Shown piece after piece: positions 1-11,899 of a stretch of 38,277 bases of DNA. The translations under genes and the position numbers were made by a program. Location: NCBI RefSeq assembly GCF_006345805.1, contig NW_021832457.1, positions 1-38,277 on the forward strand, read 5' to 3'. This stretch comes from Octopus sinensis (lineage: Eukaryota). Within the stretch, counting starts at the first letter, position 1, and the number at the start of each line of letters is the position of its first letter. The notes under the pieces were generated by a model, which was not told the DNA's origin, made no database searches, and saw only the letters and a program-made list of their open reading frames with translations.

Positions 1-86
1 ACACATCCCGTTTCACTCTCATACATTCTTTAACTTAAGCGAACACATTAAAAATGCGTAACGCAACATATCTGTGTGTATGTATG

Positions 87-119
<33 letters not shown>

Positions 120-339
120 TATATATAATATATATATATTATACATACATATATATACATGTACACATATATATATAAAAGACAAGATGAGGAGGAAAAC
201 AATTATTAAGGTTGAATAACTTTTTCTGTATCATTGTTTAGGGCAAATCCGCTTTTTTTTCCTTAATACGATGCTACTTAAATTAAATGCCACAAACACG
301 AGCGCTGTTTATAATGTGCATCATGCACATGTAACCTAT

Positions 340-532
340 CATACACGCACGCATACATACATGCATACACACATATACACACAGGCACATATATATGCAC
401 GTATGTATTCATATACATACATACATGTAATATAACATATATATCCATATATATGTGTGCATTCGTACAAACACACACACACACACACACCACATTCATA
501 CATACAAACACACACAAATATAAAGTGTATGT

Positions 533-564
<32 letters not shown>

Positions 565-631
565 ACATATATATATCTATGTAATATATTATATATACAT
601 ATATATATAACCTATACATATATATACATAC

Positions 632-682
<51 letters not shown>

Positions 683-854
683 CACACACACACCACATAT
701 ATATCTATATATATATATATAATATATATATACATATATATATATATATATGCAATCCTTACATGCATAGATAGATAATAGATAGATAGATAGATAGATA
801 GAGAGCTTAGATAGATAGATAGATATCATAATAGATAGATAGATAGATAGATAG

Positions 855-887
<33 letters not shown>

Positions 888-890
888 GAT
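340..890. repeat. Compound microsatellite (CA/TA)n followed by (GATA)n
   Basis: Directly visible dinucleotide and tetranucleotide runs; they explain ORFs 278..829 and 457..774. Confidence 0.95.
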
Positions 891-1174
891 GTGTTTGTAT
901 ATGTATATGTATCATGCTGATGTGTTTGGCTTGTGGGTGTTTAGGTGTCGTTTTTATTGCAGATTTTCAATAAAGCCTAGAAGAAATTCAAACAGTCTTC
1001 AAACGAGAACATCATTCATTAAAACAGGGAATTAACCGGTTTTTTTTATCACATTTAGGCTTACATGTGTGTTTTGTATAGGAATGCATGAAAGTACTAA
1101 AATTTTATAAGTATGTTTTGTGTGTTTGTGGATGTTGTGCGCACATTTATGTGCGTGTATAAATACGTGTGTGC

Positions 1175-1231
<57 letters not shown>

Positions 1232-1401
1232 TGTGCGTGTGAGTGTGTATGTGTGCGTGACGTTTATTTAAACCCAGTTCCTTTCTTGCAAATTTCAGCC
1301 CAAATCGATTGTTTTGCTGTGAAACTCGAGTCGCAAATTAGGAAACCAACGTTTTAAAACATGTATTAAATAACCTGTATCTCATTTATTTATTCATACA
1401 G

Positions 1402-1790
1402 ATTCATGTAGAAGGAGGAACACACGGAAGGAGTTGATGAGAAGAAATTTGCCAAATACCAAAGGACTGGTACAGTAGTGCAGACATCGAGGCTGACAGC
1501 CGGAGTTTCTGGCACGTTCATTCTGAAAAGCTCTGACTGGACACGGAGTTACTGTTGCAACAAAGAGGAGTACCATAAGTCCCATTTCTGCAGAGAAGGT
1601 CATTCGGTGGTTTTGGGATAAAGAGGGCAATTCAGTGGTTTACTGCTACTGAGATGCAAGCGGGGATTTGATCAACGCCAGCTGGGTTAATTGGGCTACA
1701 GGCTCTAATGATGAAAGATCCAAGAGCCCCAGAAGCATCACTGATTATACATGCCCGAGCATCCACGAGATGTATCTTGGAACTGAACTG
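1402..1790 (+). mobile_element. 3' fragment of a HERO-like RLE non-LTR retrotransposon (decayed endonuclease C-terminus plus 3' UTR)
   Basis: Joining frames gives KEEHTEGVDEKKFAKYQ / GLVQ*CRHRG*Q / PEFLARSF*KALTGHGVTVATKRSTISPISAEKVIRWFW / IKR. This resembles the recalled HERO-clade ending (WEE..EEA.ERK.AKYQ.LV..CR..GW...GF...S....LG.TG..KR.AI....AEKA.RWLWIKR). Stops and frameshifts are present. Confidence 0.6.
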
Positions 1791-2197
1791 TCTGTGTACA
1801 TTCATTGCGAGTAGATATTCACTGAAGCGTGACATAAAGTCAGACGATCAAACCGTGAAATACAGAGGGGGAAGAAATAGTATCGGGGGAAGAGGTAGAA
1901 TATATAAGAAAGTATCGGTAGAAATAATAAATATAGATCTCACCAGTAGAGAGAAGTTTAGATAAGTAAGGTGATAAAGTGTGGCAATGATAGAGAAAAT
2001 GGCAGAAATAGAAATTGAAAGAAGGAGAGGGATAGTGAGTGAGTGAGTGAGTGAGTGTGAGTGAGTGAGTGAAAGAAAGGAATTAATGATGATATCGAAA
2101 TACGATTCGGGAAGAAACACTGGGAAATGAAAAGAAGAGGTGGAAGAAAATTTTGAGAAAAAGGGAGAGAACTGTACAGCTATATAAATAATAACTT

Positions 2198-2370
2198 TGA
2201 ATTTTGGTTCTAGGCCAGCAATTTTAGAGACTGGAGTAAGTTGCTTACATCAACCCCAGTGTTCAACTTGTAGTTATTTTATCGACCAAGAAAGTATGAA
2301 AGGCAAAGTCGAACTCTGAGGTATTTTGAACTCAGAACGTAAAGGCGAACGAAATATTTTAAGCATGCAG
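2198..2370 (-). mobile_element. Old, diverged family-A-related SINE
   Basis: Contains atcgacc...atgaaaggcaaagtcgaac...tttgaactcagaacgt, matching the family A core seen in the younger copies below. Confidence 0.7.
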
Positions 2371-2460
2371 TAGAAATCTTTCCAAAAAGGAAATTCAAAA
2401 AGGAAAAGTGTAGGAAAATGAAGACCCACTCACAAGCTGGCTGGATTGTTCCCTTTCTAT

Positions 2461-2650
2461 GCAAAATGCTTAGAGACGTTTCTTCTGGTTCTTTACATTA
2501 TGAGTTCAAATGTCGCCGGGGTCGGCTTTACCATTCATCTTTTCGGAATCAATAACGTGTAGAACCAGCTGAGTACTGGAATCAATTACATCAATTTCCC
2601 CACCTCCACGCTTGAAAATTGCCGATTTTGTGCCAGAATTTGAAAGAATA
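2461..2650 (+). mobile_element. Old, diverged family-A-related SINE
   Basis: aaaatgcttag...gagttcaaat...gtcggctttaccattcatcttttcgg...ttgtgccagaatttgaaagaat; B-box and core are recognisable. Confidence 0.6.
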
Positions 2651-3127
2651 TTTTTATCTGTAAAGCGTCAGACAAACTGCCTTGTGGTATGTTTGTTAGA
2701 TATGAATTCAAATCTCAACGTGGTTATCTTTACCAGATTGTTAAAATTAAATAAGAGTCAAATACTAGGATGTATTTCAACAAATTTACCCTTCCCTCTT
2801 AATCTGTGGCATTGTGCCAATATTGTAAACCAATTTTAGACTATTGAGGTAAATTTTACACCGGACAAAAAATGTAGTTACATTGAAACATTCCCGGAAA
2901 ATCGCCAAAATGTTCAAAGATACAGAAATCGATTGTGATGGGCGCGGCTTCTGTGATTTTTATATAATTCAATGATAGTAAATAGCCAATCACGTTGTTC
3001 GGTCAGTGTATGTATATTCCAGCCTCAATGCAAAATCAATAAAAAATCGATGGTAGACTATGAAAAAGAAACTTCGTAATAATTTCTTATACAATCGTGA
3101 AATTTAATATTCCCGAAGGGGAAATGG

Positions 3128-3197
3128 AATAATAATAATATTAATAATGATGATGATGATGATGATGATGATAATAATAATATATAATATAATAATA

Positions 3198-3248
<51 letters not shown>

Positions 3249-3283
3249 TAATAATAATAATGATAATGATGATAATGATGATG

Positions 3284-3345
<62 letters not shown>
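3128..3345. repeat. (AAT)n/(GAT)n microsatellite
   Basis: Directly visible. Confidence 0.95.
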
Positions 3346-3346
<1 letters not shown>

Positions 3347-4159
3347 GAAAGAAAGAAAATTATAGCAACACAAATACGTTTTGTCGAAACAAACTGGAGG
3401 GAAGAAAATTTTTTAATGGAATGAAAGCAACGGTTTAGAAACAGACAAGACAAAAAACACATAAAAGGAATAAAATTAGGAAAAAGAACTCCTGAAGTCG
3501 TATGTTAAGAGGTTTATAAGTTATAAAGTATATTGAATGATGCAGGCAGCTTTAGATTGAGTGATGAGCTTCCGGTATATAAAATGGTTGACGGAAGTAG
3601 CTTGCATAACTTTTTAACGCCAACGAAATTGTGACGTCAAGCCAAATAGTGAACTTTTCAATTTAAATTACGTTTTCTTTTTTGTTCTTGTTCTTGTTAT
3701 TGTTCTTTTTTATTATTGTCTATTTTTTTCATTTATTTACTTCATATGTTCCTTTTTCTCGCACACTTTGCAATTTCTTTTATTTATTTATATATTTATT
3801 TATAGCTCTTAGTTTATTTCTATGGCTTCCTCCCTTCCTTTCTTTCTTTCTTCATTCTATTATCGATGCAGTGACATTCTAAGACAACGACATGAAGAAC
3901 AAGATGAAGATCAATAATGATATTGATACTAGTCTTCCTAACACTGCTACTGTTACTGAAGCTACTACTAGTACTATAGTTAGTACACTACTACTGCTAC
4001 TACTTCTACATCTGCTACGACTGCTATTACTACTACTGCTGTTACTTTACTACATAACTACCGTTTCTGCTTCTGCTGGTGCTGATGTTGCTACTGGTGC
4101 TGTTGCTCCACTGCAAATTCTTCAATCATTACCAAGAAGAAGAAGGATGATGAGTTTTC

Positions 4160-4162
4160 TGT

Positions 4163-4209
<47 letters not shown>

Positions 4210-4266
4210 GTGATGAAGATGATGATGAAGATGATCATGATCATGATCATGATCATGATGATCATG

Positions 4267-4343
<77 letters not shown>
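4160..4343. repeat. (GAT)n-(AAT)n microsatellite; left flank and target of the LINE that follows
   Basis: Directly visible. Confidence 0.95.
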
Positions 4344-4789
4344 TGTCCATGCATTCTTTACTTTATCCACCTATTTTCAGTGTCATTCATTCTCAAGTGC
4401 ATGTACAGTGCTTTATCTTTGCAATCTTCTCTCCTTCACATGCTTGACCTTATTACTTCCAATAATAGTGGTTATGTGACATTTTTACATGCCATACTAT
4501 GTTGTTTGCTTCTGCTCTAATGCTGTGTTCGGATCCAATCAGTCCTCTTCCGACTCTTTTTCTTGGTACATAGTCTGTCTGTGTCACTTCCTTGTCTTTC
4601 TGCCTAAGCTGTTTAGTTCGTCTACTCTCCATGCGATTACCTCTGCTCGTATCTAAGGAGTGAAACCGCCCAGGTGTTGATAGCTTCAATTTTATTCCAT
4701 CCGTTTCCTTTCGATTTAAGGATCAGACTCAGTCTACGCAAGCACTCTGTCATTTCTTTCTCCATCAATTTATCCATTTCCAATATCCC
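4341..4789 (-). mobile_element. Inverted 5' segment of a Dong/R4-like LINE (post-RT thumb region)
   Basis: The minus strand reads GILEMDKLMEKEM..ECLRRLSLILKSKGNGWNKIEAINTWAVSLLRY..LGRKTRK..YVPRKRVGRGLIG..NRWIK*RMHGQ and ends exactly where the plus-strand segment begins. Confidence 0.85.
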
Positions 4790-4790
4790 T

Positions 4791-5560
4791 ATGGACAATT
4801 TCATAGGGATGTTGAAGATAAGACAGTCAGAAATGAAGATGGCTATGGATGACTAAAAGTGATTTAAAACCGAAAACGGATGCTCTAATCTGTGATGTCC
4901 AAGAGCAAGCACTAAAAACGAATTACATCAAATACAGAATAGACAGCATATCAGAAAGTGATAAGTGCAGAACTTGTGGACAAAATGGTGAAACCGTATG
5001 GCATATTACCAGTCAATGTACCCCACTAGCCCAGAAAGAATATGAGACGTCATGACAATATAGCAAGGATTGTCCAGAACAAAAAAAAGTGGTACGAACA
5101 TAAACCCGAAGGCGTCATCGAGAATGATAATGCAAAGATCCTATGGGATTTTGTGATTCAGTGCGACTATGAGATAGAGAATAGGAAGCCAGACATAGTA
5201 TTAATTGAGAAAGAAAGCAAACGATGCTGGATCATCGATATAAGATGCCCAGCTGACAACAAGGTATGCGATGAAGAAGAAAGAAAAGTCGATAGATATG
5301 ACAGCTTAGCTTGGGAGGTTAAGCAGTTGTGGTCGCTGAAAAAGGTGGTAGTAGTATCAATAATTGTCGGAGCCCTGGGAACAGGAAGTAAAAATCTTGA
5401 GAAGTACATGGAACAAACAGGGGCTGCAATAAGAGTGGAGCACTTGCAGAAAACAGCATTGCTTGGAACTGCTCCAATACTCCAGAAGGTGCTCGAAAAA
5501 TAAGGAGTTTTACCTTCGTTCACTGATAGTGAACAGCGTTAGAAGCTGTGCAAAGAAAAT
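4791..5560 (+). mobile_element. 3' part of a Dong/R4-like RLE LINE (CCHC zinc knuckle plus PD-(D/E)xK endonuclease), frameshifted
   Basis: ORFs 4849..5055 (QEQALKTN..KCRTCGQNGETVWHITSQC) and 5042..5503 (RRHD..ILWDF..RKPDIV..IDIRCP..KVDRY..IIVGALG..LQKTALLGTA). Flanked by AAT-type repeats, the known Dong target. Confidence 0.9.
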
Positions 5561-5571
5561 AAATAAATAAA

Positions 5572-5583
5572 CAATAATAATAA

Positions 5584-5614
<31 letters not shown>

Positions 5615-5717
5615 AAGAAGAATAACAACAATAACAACAATAACAACAACATCAATGATAATAATAATAATTATTATTATTATTATTTATTATTATTATT
5701 ATTATTATATAATAATA

Positions 5718-5749
<32 letters not shown>

Positions 5750-5760
5750 GTAATAATAAA
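5572..5760. repeat. (AAT/AAG/AAC/TTA)n trinucleotide tract
   Basis: Directly visible. Confidence 0.95.
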
Positions 5761-6208
5761 TGTCCTGATGCAATACCAGGCAGTGGCTCTCATGGCTTTA
5801 CATCATAACTGATTGGAAGTGTTATCATGTACATTGTTTTGTTTTGATATAAAAGATTGGCTACAGCAAATATTCTGCTCAATACAACACATTTGCTTGT
5901 CAGTTGTTGGTCTTAAGTGGTACATGACATATATTCAAACGAGCATTGTCGTTGTAAATTTTCTTTCGTTTTTCCCCCTTTATTTTATTTGTTTACTTTC
6001 CTACTTTTTTATTTTTCCTTTTTCTCTCTGTCTTCCTTTTTTTACTGTCACATGACTGTAAAGGAACGATCTGTTGAGCTTGTTTTAATGGCCTACCAAT
6101 GTATATAGTACGTTTCTCTGCCCTAGGCTTCAGGAAGACAATCGGCAAGAAATGGAAACGGAATTGAAAGAAGAGGCTAAGGAAAATGATAACAACATCA
6201 ACCACAAC

Positions 6209-6279
<71 letters not shown>

Positions 6280-6282
<3 letters not shown>

Positions 6283-7671
6283 ATAGATAGGAAAACAAGT
6301 AAAATAATGACAGGATCTAGGATGCATCACCCAAAATCTGACATAAAAAGACTATATATACAACGTATAGAAGGTGGTAGAGGCCTTATACAGCTGGAAA
6401 ACTACTATAAATAACCACTATAGGACTGCAAAAATATCACTTCAGAAGGAAGGAAACTGATACAATAGCGGCAAAACACGAGCAAAACAAAATACTGTTC
6501 TCAGTATTTAAGGAAGCTGACAAACAAGAAATCATACCACTTAACAAATATGAAGAAGAAGAAGAAGAAGAAGAAGAAGAAGAAGAAGAAGAAGAAGAAG
6601 AAGAAGAAGAAAAAAGAAGAAGAAGAGGAGGAGAAGAAGAGAAGAAGAAGAAGAAGAAGAAAGAAAGAAGAAGAAGAAGAAGAAAGAAGAAAAGAAGAAG
6701 AAGAAGAGAAGAAGAGAAGAAAGAAGAAGAAGGAGAGAAGAAACAACAAAAGCTATAAAACAAAAATGAAATCCAAACTAAAAATAGAACAGCAACGAAC
6801 CATGATAAAACGATGGCAAGAAAAGCCCCTTCATGTAAATACTGGACTAACTAAACGCAAAAGAAATAGACAAAGAAAAATCCCAGCAATGGTTGAGAAG
6901 CTCAGGACTCAAAGCAGAAACAGAGGGATTTTAATTGCAGCACAAGACCAAAGCCTCCCCACCAGAAATTACCAAAAACATGTAATAAAAGAAATATTAC
7001 AAGTAACTGCAGAATATGTGGAGATGGACAAGAAGCAATAAATCATATTATCTCTAGCTGCCCAGTCCTGGCTAAGAAGGAATATATTTCACAGACATGA
7101 CAGAGTTGGAACCTACATACATTGGAAGCTATGTCAACATTATGGAATAACAACAGAAAAAAGATGGTATAAGCACACACCAGAAAAGGTCACAGAAAAC
7201 GAGAAAGCAACCATACTCTGGGATATGCCGATACACACAGATAGAGAAATTAAGGGCCAACAGACCAGATATAGTTGTCAGAGATCATGAAGAAAAAATG
7301 CTTTCTAATTGATGTATCAATACCGGCAGATGACAACGTGTCTCTAAAAGAAATGGAGAAACTCTCAAAATACAAAGACCTGGAAAACAGAGGTAACTAG
7401 AATGTGGAATCTGAAAACAGAAACAATTCCTATCATAGTAGGTGCATTAGCAGATAAAAAAATATTCAGACAAATACATAACAAAAACACCAGGACTTAC
7501 AAACACATATAACATACAGAAAATTGCACTACTAGGCACTGCACACATCATACGCAGAAACTTCCATACAATAACCATCAGAGCATCACAACAAATCACA
7601 GCACATACCCAAGGCACACAGAGCTGCGCTCGGTAGTGAAGTAAAAGCACGCTATAAAATAAAAACTACTG
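6280..7671 (+). mobile_element. 5'-truncated Dong/R4-like RLE LINE, second subfamily, inserted in (AAT)n
   Basis: IDRKTSKIMTGSRMHHPKSDIKRLYIQRIEGGRGLIQLE..AAQDQSLPTRNY..CRICGDGQEAINHIISSCPVL..RHD..LWDMPIHTDREIK..RPD..IDVSIP..KEMEKLSKYKDLE..IPIIVGAL..QKIALLGTAHI, with several frameshifts. (AAT)n lies on both sides (about 6210-6279 and 7672-7765). Confidence 0.9.
6551..6740. repeat. (GAA)n microsatellite inside the LINE ORF
   Basis: Directly visible; LINE coding sequence resumes on both sides. Confidence 0.95.
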
Positions 7672-7690
7672 AATAATAATAATAATAATA

Positions 7691-7766
<76 letters not shown>

Positions 7767-8239
7767 CTAGTACAGCTGCTTGCTAATGCTAATGCTACAG
7801 TTGCTTTCCTAATCCGCCGACGACTACAACCTCTATTTTTTCTACTTTTCTAATTGCAACTAAAATTAACACAACAGCCAAGACAACTATCGCATCAGCT
7901 ACTGCAACGGCACCACGACCAAAAATACAGCCAACATTAACAATATCCACTCCACTACTGTTAACGATTGTCACATTATCATTATTCTCACTTGAACATT
8001 ATTTACCACATATCTACTAATTCTTTCGACCCTACCATTATGACAACTTGCAATACATACTGGTTTTCAGAAAATACAGACAACACATGAGATTACTTAA
8101 TGATGTTGTTATTACATTTCCTTTACATCCTGAACCACCCACATCACTCACACACACACACATACATAACTTACTAGACGAACTACAACTCTTCATACCC
8201 ACCATAACCATATTGCAAAAATTCCTTCAACTAACCTCT

Positions 8240-9460
8240 GACCATCTACCCAATACTTTTTATAAACGTGAAAAAAGTTCAATGAAACTGCTTCAAAGGG
8301 TCACTTTTTTCTTTTGAAGTTTCTCAGAATAGCACAACAATGTTACCAATATAGACTTTGCAATACATACTTTCAAGAAAATTATGATAGAGACTTCCAG
8401 AAACATGACCCATAATTCAACATGAAAAAATACAGTCGCAATTACACAGAAATAGCCATTATGATAATCTCTGACAACTTCAAATGCAATGCAATAACAC
8501 TGCATACAACAAAAATAAAACTCAGTTTCAAACAACTAAAGGAAAGTCAGCGAAATCAAAACGTTGGAAAGCAAACAAAAAACTTCCAAACATTTGTATC
8601 CGACATACAATGCAAAATATTGACACACTTTATAGTGTAACTAGCTACATTGATAACAACAGCATCGGTGGCCACTTGTCACAATAACAATCTGAAATAG
8701 TATAAACCACACAACAATACCAAGAAATGCCCTTATAAGATTTCATGTGAATAAGATGGCTAGCTGGCAGAATTGTTAGCACACCTGACAAAATGGTTAG
8801 CGGCATTTCGTCCATCATTACGTTCTGAATTCAAATGCAACTGGGGGTTGACTTTGCCTTTTATCTTTCGGGATCGACAGAAGTATTTTCTGAACACTAG
8901 GGTCGATGCAATCGACTTAGTCCCTCTGCCGAAATTGCTAGCCTTGTGCCAAAATTTGGAGCCAATGTTTCTAGGGAGTCAACGGCTAAAATCCATTGAG
9001 GAAGGGGCACTTATAAAAGGATTTAACAACTATAAAAAGAAACAAATGTCTTAATATGTGACAAAATCACAACAAAATACTAAAACACCTTTAATCTGAA
9101 AAAAATCTTTGCTCTTGGCATCATCTAGAACTATTTGTACTAACTTTGTCAAATTTCGGAAGCTACGGAAATGATAAAAGTTCTAAATCCTAACAAAAAT
9201 ACAAGTAGCCTAATACAGACCTATCTCCCACAGATGCAAAACATCACACATTATAAAAAAAAGCTCATCTTTAACGTCATTAATCCACACTTCCCACGCT
9301 CCAAATATCAATACTGTTTAAGACCATTGCACAAATCAACCTCACACAGATAACACAAGATGGTGTCAACAACAAAATAACTCTCGCATGTATGGTCCTA
9401 ACTTCCGTTAACATTTATAAAGCTTTAGACACCATTATCTGCTGTCATACAAAAATCAAC
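8240..9460 (+). mobile_element. Possible highly decayed Penelope-like element (N-terminal/RT region), interrupted by a SINE
   Basis: SQRLKSIEEGALIKGFN (about 8978-9028) resembles the PLE motif S...L...E..VL.KGLNF. FYKREKSSMKL and YRPIS-like fragments occur in the expected order, and the strand bias is strongly A/C-rich. Weak. Confidence 0.3.
8757..8968 (+). mobile_element. Old family-A-related tRNA-headed SINE, monomer
   Basis: agctggcagaattgttagcac...cgttctgaattcaaat...gttgactttgcctttt...ggtcgatgcaatcgact...gccttgtgcc. Confidence 0.8.
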
Positions 9461-10058
9461 ACCTAAAGGGAGAAAGAGAAAACCCGTTTGTTTACAGGTA
9501 ATCGCCTGTCAAATCACCAATCCTATTTATCGTACAAAAACAGGACTCTTAAAGCTTATCAATTTACCGATAGGATAATTCTGTTTTTAAAAGGCTTGCT
9601 TTGAGAGTTGCATTCCCTTGCGCTCGGTAAAAATGTTTGTTTTGACTTTAAGAGTCACTCCTAGCGTGAGGCATTTATGTATAGTAATGCCCTTAATATA
9701 TGTATATATGAACAAATACCAGCATGCCAAATACCATACAAGAATTCTTGGTTCATTAAAATTATCTCAGCCTCTAGAGAAACGGCAATTAGGACGGACT
9801 TCACTTTAAAAAGGAGGATAGTCTCAAGGTTCAAAAATTCTCCAAAACTGACATGCCATTAAAGAAAAGCTTATTGTCTATAGTCGTGGATACGTGTTTC
9901 TGGTTCAATAGCCTTCATCGGTACGACAGTTTTCCGACCTTATCTCCATTAGCCAGAGGACTTAGACTTATACAAAACAAAGTAAAAAAAACAGATGTGG
10001 CCGAGTAATATATATATATATATATATATACATCATATATATATATATATATATATAA

Positions 10059-10783
10059 TATCAGAGACCTAGGTGTAATTGTTCATAACAATCTCATCTG
10101 CAGGGCCTACATCAATAATAAGGTCGATATAGCTCGTAGGATGAGCTCCTGGATCTTAAGAACATTCCGGTCCAGGGAACAAGGTGTCATCATTTCAATT
10201 TTCTCCTCCTTTGTACGGCCACACCTTGAATATTGCTGCCCTTTGTGGTCTCCCCATACAGTCATGAAGGCATGACTGATCTCGATTACTGGGACCGCCT
10301 TAAAGCCTTGAAACTCTTCTCTCTCCAGCGCCGCCGCGAGCGGTACGTCATTTGCGCAATGTGGAGAATATACCACCAGCATTGCCCAAACGACCAGAAC
10401 ATTAGTTTCAAGGTTCATCTAAGGCTGGGACCACGGGCCATATGTCCCCTGCCCAATTCCGGATCACAGCATATAGGTACACTGTGACACAATGTCTTTT
10501 CCTCAACAGGCCCTGCCCTGTTTAACATTGTCCCAATACTGATTAAAAAGGAAAAGGATCCCATCACCTTTAAACGGAGTCTGGACAAATTTCAAGGAAT
10601 ACCAGATAAGCCCCCCATACCTGGATACAACTCACTCAACAAGAACTCACTACTTGAATGGACCATAATACCACAAAACTTGACATTAAAAGGATTTAGA
10701 TAATCCTATCAGGTGGTGCAATTAATTTACACATGGCCTGGACCAATTTTTGGTCGAAACATATCTAAGTTTTATCTAAGTTT
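10059..10783 (+). mobile_element. 5'-truncated CR1-type LINE, 3' end with UTR
   Basis: IRDLGVIVHNNL..MSSWILRTFRSRE..FVRPHLEYCCPLWSPH, then an internal deletion, then LDYWDRLKALKLFSLQRRRERY..GPALFNIVP..FKRSLDKF. Ends in a tandem tatctaagttt tail. Confidence 0.85.
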
Positions 10784-10789
10784 CATATA

Positions 10790-10822
<33 letters not shown>

Positions 10823-10823
<1 letters not shown>

Positions 10824-11070
10824 GTAGTTGAATGAATTATCTTATTATGCATAATTCGGTTAACCGAATTATCGCTATGGGCTCCGTGTGGGCAGCCATC
10901 TAAAAGTTTTTGTGCATCTTGATGACATAAGTTCCTTACTTTTCCTGATGAGAAGGTGGCATAATGCACCCCTTATTCCTTCGAAATTAGGAATATGCAA
11001 CCTTCGAAACATATGTCGAAAATAAAATAAGGAATTTTGTTAATTCGTCGTTCAACTCCATTCTTTCATT
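10823..11070 (+). mobile_element. Short non-coding Penelope-LTR/retrozyme-like element in (TA)n
   Basis: About 250 bp of complex sequence between two (TA)n tracts. It carries a hammerhead fold, a 22-bp perfect palindrome (10851-10872) and imperfectly complementary ends. Confidence 0.65.
10932..11034 (+). ncRNA. Type I hammerhead ribozyme
   Basis: CTGATGA at 10945-10951. Stem II gaaggtggcata (10952-10963) pairs with tatgcaaccttc (10994-11005), 11/12 pairs. GAAA at 11006-11009. Palindromic stem III ACATATGT. GTC cleavage triplet ending at 11017. Stem I ttttc/gaaaa plus ttcctta/taaggaa. Confidence 0.85.
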
Positions 11071-11086
11071 TATATTATATATATAT

Positions 11087-11127
<41 letters not shown>

Positions 11128-11130
<3 letters not shown>

Positions 11131-11288
11131 ACAGGCTTCTTTCAGTTCCTATCAAACAAATCCAGTCACCAGGCTTTGGTAGACCGGGGCTGTTAGTAGA
11201 GGTCACTTGTCCGAGGTGTTACACAGTGTATCTGATCCCGGCCTCATGCAGTTGCGAGCAAATTTCATACCGCACTCCACACCTGCGC
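11128..11288 (-). mobile_element. Family B tRNA-headed (CORE-type) SINE, 5' half
   Basis: Diverged match to the head of the full copies at 15838-16334 and 30132-30547. Confidence 0.75.
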
Positions 11289-11339
11289 TTACATATATTT
11301 GCATACATGTACATATATATATATATATATATTATATAT

Positions 11340-11394
<55 letters not shown>

Positions 11395-11452
11395 ACATAT
11401 GTGTGTATGCAGACACGCAAACTCATAAAACACGCACACACACGCACACGCA

Positions 11453-11483
<31 letters not shown>

Positions 11484-11694
11484 CCACACACACCACACAA
11501 CACACACACACACAAAGATACGCGAAAATGGCTGTAGATTCAATCTCAAACCCCCAGCCAACAACATCATTCCACGACTGTAACAAACTTCACCACCACC
11601 ACCACGCTGTCACCAACAGACGCAACCCCCATTCCACCACTCCGAATCCACCATACCTGCCATTACACTCCTCACTTCTCCACCTCTACACTTC

Positions 11695-11893
11695 CGAACC
11701 AGCAAAGGATCCTTTACGTGTTCACTCGACATGCTAGAAATAGCAGGTAAATATTATTCAAATCGCATCCAACAGTCTTAATAAAAAAAAAAGGGACATA
11801 TTGGATAACATAGCCCTGGATTTCCCTGCCCATAAGTAAAAGGTCCCGGCTTGAATGCTCAATCTGACTTGATCTGAGACCAAAGAACAACAA
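11695..11893 (+). mobile_element. Unclassified old interspersed repeat (family E)
   Basis: The motif gctagaaatagca...gtcttaa(A)n...cttgatc recurs in diverged form near 16555-16670/16990-17060, 25390-25460 and 34450-34620. Confidence 0.45.
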
Positions 11894-11899
11894 TTACTC

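Noticed and set aside
1394-1630. 78-aa minus-strand ORF resembling a secreted Cys-containing peptide
   Set aside because: It is better explained as the antisense of the HERO-like LINE fragment.
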